Below are positions 60,703 through 64,000 of a stretch of 64,000 nucleotides of DNA, piece after piece. The notes under the pieces are model-generated. The model did not search any database and was not told where the DNA came from. It saw nothing but the letters and a program-made list of their open reading frames with translations. Location: the NCBI GenBank assembly GCA_035622635.1, contig DASPUZ010000163.1, positions 4,813 to 68,812 of the forward strand, written 5' to 3'. The position numbers and the translations under genes are program-made. Origin of the DNA: a bacterium (GTDB taxonomy: Bacteria; Sysuimicrobiota; Sysuimicrobiia; Sysuimicrobiales; Segetimicrobiaceae). Positions within the stretch are counted from its first letter, which is position 1, and each line of letters opens with the position of its first letter.

Positions 60703-61536
60703 TCAAGCGCCTATGAGAACGACCAGGAGGTCCCCGATGCCGTCGCCGCCATCTTGGGCCCTGTCCGCGTCGGGAGTCGGGTGCCCGTCACGCCAAACGG
60801 GCCGGACGGCGTGGCGCAACGGCCGGACGATCGTCTGGACCGAAGTGGTCGTCCCGTCGGCGCGTCGGACGCGCAGCGCGGCCGTCCCCGTGTCGCCGCC
60901 CGCGGGTGAACCAGAGGCGGGACCGAGCCGCAGGGGCTCCACACACAGGTCGTTCAGGTTCGTGCCGTGCATGTCGTCCGGCACCAGAAATCCGAACGTC
61001 TCCGCAGCCGCGGCGTTGGCGCGGAAGATCCGCCCCCCTGCTGACGCCCACAACAAACCGACGGGCGCACCGTCCAGCAGGAGCCGGTAGCCGTGTTCGG
61101 ACTCGCGGAGCGCGCGGATCGCTCGTTCACGCGCTCCGATCCGGTCCAGCAGGACAGCATTCTCGGTGGCGATCTCGAGCACCCGGCCCGCCTGTTGCCT
61201 GAGCACTCCCACCAGCAGTCCGGCGATGGGAACCGCCATCACCCACACGATTACCCGGCGGAGATTCTCGGCGGTGTAGGAAAGGAAATGGCCCGGACTC
61301 GAGAGGACGATTACGAAGTAACATGCCGCGGCCGCGGCGGTGGCCAACCCGGTAGACACTCCTCCGGCGAACGCCGAGAACATCACGGTCAACAGGACGA
61401 TCGGGCCAGGGACCATGATCGTGTCCCGGCCGAGCCACGCTACGGCCACCGCGCCGGCCGCAACCGGCAGCAGCCAGCCGATTCGCGGCCCTGCCCACGC
61501 CTTGACCGGCTTTCGATACCATTGAACGGTACGCAT
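60703..61536 (-). CDS. Membrane-anchored PAS-domain protein without recognisable output domain (277 aa)
   Basis: Four hydrophobic helices (WLLPVAAGAVAVAWL, IVLLTVMFSAFAGGV, AAAAACYFVIVL, VIVWVMAVPIAGLLVGVL), a coiled linker, then a PAS-like segment ESEHGYRLLLDGAPVGLLWASAGGRIFRANAAAAETFGF. The Arg-rich upstream part of the long ORF is rejected. Confidence 0.6.
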   Translation of the reverse strand: MRTVQWYRKPVKAWAGPRIGWLLPVAAGAVAVAWLGRDTIMVPGPIVLLTVMFSAFAGGVSTGLATAAAAACYFVIVLSSPGHFLSYTAENLRRVIVWVMAVPIAGLLVGVLRQQAGRVLEIATENAVLLDRIGARERAIRALRESEHGYRLLLDGAPVGLLWASAGGRIFRANAAAAETFGFLVPDDMHGTNLNDLCVEPLRLGPASGSPAGGDTGTAALRVRRADGTTTSVQTIVRPLRHAVRPVWRDGHPTPDADRAQDGGDGIGDLLVVLIGA

Positions 61537-61661
61537 ACTCGCGATTGCGCCAGAGGTGTCGTGTCCCGAACCTCGGACTGCCCCACGAGCAACATTTCCC
61601 CGAAACACGGCCGCGTAGACGCCCGGACGCCGAAAATGTGCTCGCCGCGGTACCCACCGGG

Positions 61662-62387
61662 CTAGAGCACGGGACGAATGGGAACGACTTGAAGAATCCA
61701 GGTGTTGAGGCGGTACACCCAGTCGAACAGAAGCGCGGTTCCCATCGCTACGAGGAACACGCCGCTTGCCACCTCGATCGCCCTCGCGTAGCGGTGAGCG
61801 GCGCGAAACACGCGCCAGGCCCCGGCAAAGAACGCCGCCGCGGCGAGGAACGGAAGACCAAGCCCCAACGAGTAGACGAAGAGCAGTACCGCCCCACCCC
61901 CCGCCCGTTCGGTCGTCGCGGCGAGGGTCAGGATCGCTCCGAGGATCGGCCCCACGCACGGTGTCCATGCGAACCCAAACGCCATGCCCACGAGAAGGAC
62001 GCCGATCCATCCCGTCGGGCGGCGCGTGATGAGGATGCGCCGCTCTCGTGCGAGACCCGGGATCGCGACCACGCCGAGCACGGTGAGTCCGAACAGGATC
62101 ACGATCGCCCCGCCCAAGCGGCTGAGGAGGTCGCGGTTCGAGAGCACGAAGCTTCCCGCGAGCGATGCAGAAGCGCCGAGCGCCGTGAAGATCACGGAGA
62201 ACCCGATCACGAACAGCGCCGTCGCCCCGAGCACTCTGCCCCGGTGCCCGATGCGACCCGTCTCCAATTCGTCGAGCGACAATCCGCAGACGAACGACAG
62301 ATAGCCGGGGATCAGCGGCAGGATGCACGGGGAGAAGAACCCCAGCACCCCCGCCGCGAAGGCGATCGGGAGGTTCAGAGCTGGCAT
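61662..62387 (-). CDS. ccdA: Cytochrome c biogenesis / thiol-disulfide electron transporter CcdA (DsbD family)
   Basis: Motifs GFFSPCILPLIPGYLSF and WTPCVGPILGAIL; six TM helices. Confidence 0.85.
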   Translation of the reverse strand: MPALNLPIAFAAGVLGFFSPCILPLIPGYLSFVCGLSLDELETGRIGHRGRVLGATALFVIGFSVIFTALGASASLAGSFVLSNRDLLSRLGGAIVILFGLTVLGVVAIPGLARERRILITRRPTGWIGVLLVGMAFGFAWTPCVGPILGAILTLAATTERAGGGAVLLFVYSLGLGLPFLAAAAFFAGAWRVFRAAHRYARAIEVASGVFLVAMGTALLFDWVYRLNTWILQVVPIRPVL

Positions 62388-62772
62388 CGCAGCACCGCAC
62401 TGCTCTTCCGCGACGCGGGAACGCCGATCTGGACGACCCGTGTCCCCCTCATCGCCGCGCCAGCATCGTGATCGCGGCAACCAGCTCACCACGATCCGAT
62501 GGACCGCAACTCGCCAGTCGCAAGACGCCGTCCAGCCCGATCCATCCTACGACACGAGCAATCCGCATCCGCACCCCGACTCACCTGGCGGCACGTACCG
62601 GCCCCGACGTTCAACCACAATCTTACACCAGAAATTTGCGAAGAACCGACATCGTGCACGCCGGCGTGTTGCCGGGTGCCGCCGACCCGCGGGAGGTGAC
62701 GCAAGGAGTGCCGGATTCCGCAGCCAACATTGTCGACGTAGGTGCAAGGGTGTGGTACTCGGGAGGCGTTCC

Positions 62773-63537
62773 ATGGGATGGTTCTCCCGCAGGGCTCGAA
62801 AGCCGGGAGTCCAGCGCCTCGGTCCGGTGGAACTGGCGTTGTCGCTCACGGCAATCACCGGGAGGGGCTTTGACGGCGCCCTCAAGTCCGCGCGCGAGCT
62901 GAGTTTCACGGTGCTCCCGCTCGAGCTATTCGCGGTCGGCGTGTTTGCGACCGCATGGAATGCGTCGCGCCACGCATTGGTGACCGGGCTCACCCGGGCG
63001 CAAGGCCGGGTCGTGATGGACGCCTATGCCGTCCTGGCCTATTGCCTGTGGATCAATGGCCGCGAGGGACTCTCAAAACGTCTGCCCGGAAGGCTCGACT
63101 GGGCGGACTTCGTGAGGTTCAAGCAAACCGTCGATTGGCGCCAGTACGGGGTGTTCACGGAGGTCGTCCGCGAACGCTCCGCAGAGTACGGCCCTCTCGC
63201 CGCGGCCTCCACCGCGGGAACCGAACGAGGCCCGCTGGAGATCCAGCTCGGGAATGCCATCGCCCGTCACGTCCTCGGCCACAGCACCAAGGTCGGGCCG
63301 ATGGAGTCGCTCTGGTGCGCCGGGCTCTTTCGGGAGATAGGCGCAACCGTCCCCGCGGCGCTCAACAATTGCCGGTACCGGCCCGACCCCGAGGCGGAAG
63401 CTCAGGCGGCAGCCGCGCCTGACGAACCGGAAGGCGATCTGATCCTGACGTGCGGCGCATGCGGCCAGAAGAACCGCGTTCGTGCCGGACGCCGCCGTCA
63501 GGACGCCGTCTGCGGCCGCTGCGGCAGCCCGCTGTGA
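62773..63537 (+). CDS. Hypothetical protein with C-terminal CxxC...CxxC zinc ribbon (254 aa)
   Basis: ATG 62773 with RBS GGGAGG 6 nt upstream. It ends LTCGACGQKNRVRAGRRRQDAVCGRCGSPL, which resembles the N-terminal zinc finger of Trx2-type thioredoxins. The body is unassigned. Confidence 0.55.
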   Translation: MGWFSRRARKPGVQRLGPVELALSLTAITGRGFDGALKSARELSFTVLPLELFAVGVFATAWNASRHALVTGLTRAQGRVVMDAYAVLAYCLWINGREGLSKRLPGRLDWADFVRFKQTVDWRQYGVFTEVVRERSAEYGPLAAASTAGTERGPLEIQLGNAIARHVLGHSTKVGPMESLWCAGLFREIGATVPAALNNCRYRPDPEAEAQAAAAPDEPEGDLILTCGACGQKNRVRAGRRRQDAVCGRCGSPL

Positions 63538-63667
63538 CACTCGCTGCAGCCCGAAACACGGCGCGCACGTGAGGCCCCGCCCCTGACTCGCCGATCCGGG
63601 CGCGCCGGAGACTGCACGATCTCTACCTTCGCGCGGGCACGGCCGCGGGTGCGCTGAAGGGCCCGAA

Positions 63668-64000
63668 TCACTCCCGGCGCTCGGAGGTGCGCGAGCGGCG
63701 AACGGCCTGCCACACCGTTTCCGGCGTCGCAGGCAAGTCCAGAGCCGAGACACCCATGGGACGCAACGCGTCGAGGATCGCGTTCACGAGCGCCGGCGGC
63801 GCGCCGGTCGTTCCCGATTCCCCGATGCCCTTCCCTCCGAGCGGATTGACGGGAGAAACCGTTTCCACGCGGCCGGTCTCGATCCTCGGCACCTGGGAGG
63901 CGTGCGGCATGGTGTAGTCGAGCAGCGACGTCGTGAGGAGTTGACCGTTGTCGTCGTGCGCGACGCGCTCCAGCAGCCCCTGCCCGATGCCCTGAACGAT
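63668..64000 (-). CDS. Molybdopterin-binding subunit of a xanthine dehydrogenase/CO dehydrogenase-family enzyme, C-terminal end (gene runs off right edge)
   Basis: The in-frame reverse translation to the window end reads IVQGIGQGLLERVAHDDNGQLLTTSLLDYTMPHASQVPRIETGRVETVSPVNPLGGKGIGESGTTGAPPALVNAILDAL. This is the conserved C-terminal pattern of CoxL/XdhB-type large subunits. Confidence 0.75.
   Translation of the reverse strand: MVQGIGQGLLERVAHDDNGQLLTTSLLDYTMPHASQVPRIETGRVETVSPVNPLGGKGIGESGTTGAPPALVNAILDALRPMGVSALDLPATPETVWQAVRRSRTSERRE

Overview
High-GC (roughly 65-70% by eye) bacterial chromosomal segment, densely packed, with many 4-nt start/stop overlaps (ATGA/GTGA). The lineage cannot be determined from this window. 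Most of it is ordinary housekeeping and accessory metabolism. This includes an envelope-glycan operon (GT2, SDR epimerase, GT87-like membrane protein, DUF2064, membrane-anchored Mo-oxidoreductase), rph-rdgB, an Amidase_3 cell-wall amidase, and a peptide-type ABC importer. It also includes glk, glgB-glgP, a complete group-3b-like [NiFe]-hydrogenase operon with hypA/B/C and maturation protease, a PDH-type E1a/E1b/E2 operon, gnd-zwf, ggt, a cold-shock protein and ccdA. The unusual part is the left ~7 kb. A phage-type integrase (running off the left edge) abuts tRNA-Pro(TGG), followed by a decayed Mutator/IS256-like transposase remnant. Next come two copies of a ~80-nt element that I read as c-di-GMP-I (GEMM-I) riboswitch aptamers. 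They show the GGGCAAACC / GNRA hairpin / GGGACGCAAAGCC signature, a GCAA versus GCGA loop difference, and one compensatory base-pair change between copies. Copy 1 sits behind a near-consensus sigma70-type promoter and controls a coupled pair of orphan genes (83 aa + 440 aa). Copy 2 starts 9 nt after that pair and precedes a 712-aa orphan protein with an internal ~130-aa domain duplication. Each aptamer is followed by a terminator-like hairpin. A short integrase-like remnant lies downstream. This serial, c-di-GMP-gated module of unknown function is the best candidate for an undescribed system. All calls come from reading the sequence and ORF translations only; no searches or folding programs were run. 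RNA ends are +/-5 nt, and many CDS starts are chosen by overlap/RBS logic rather than by the longest ORF.
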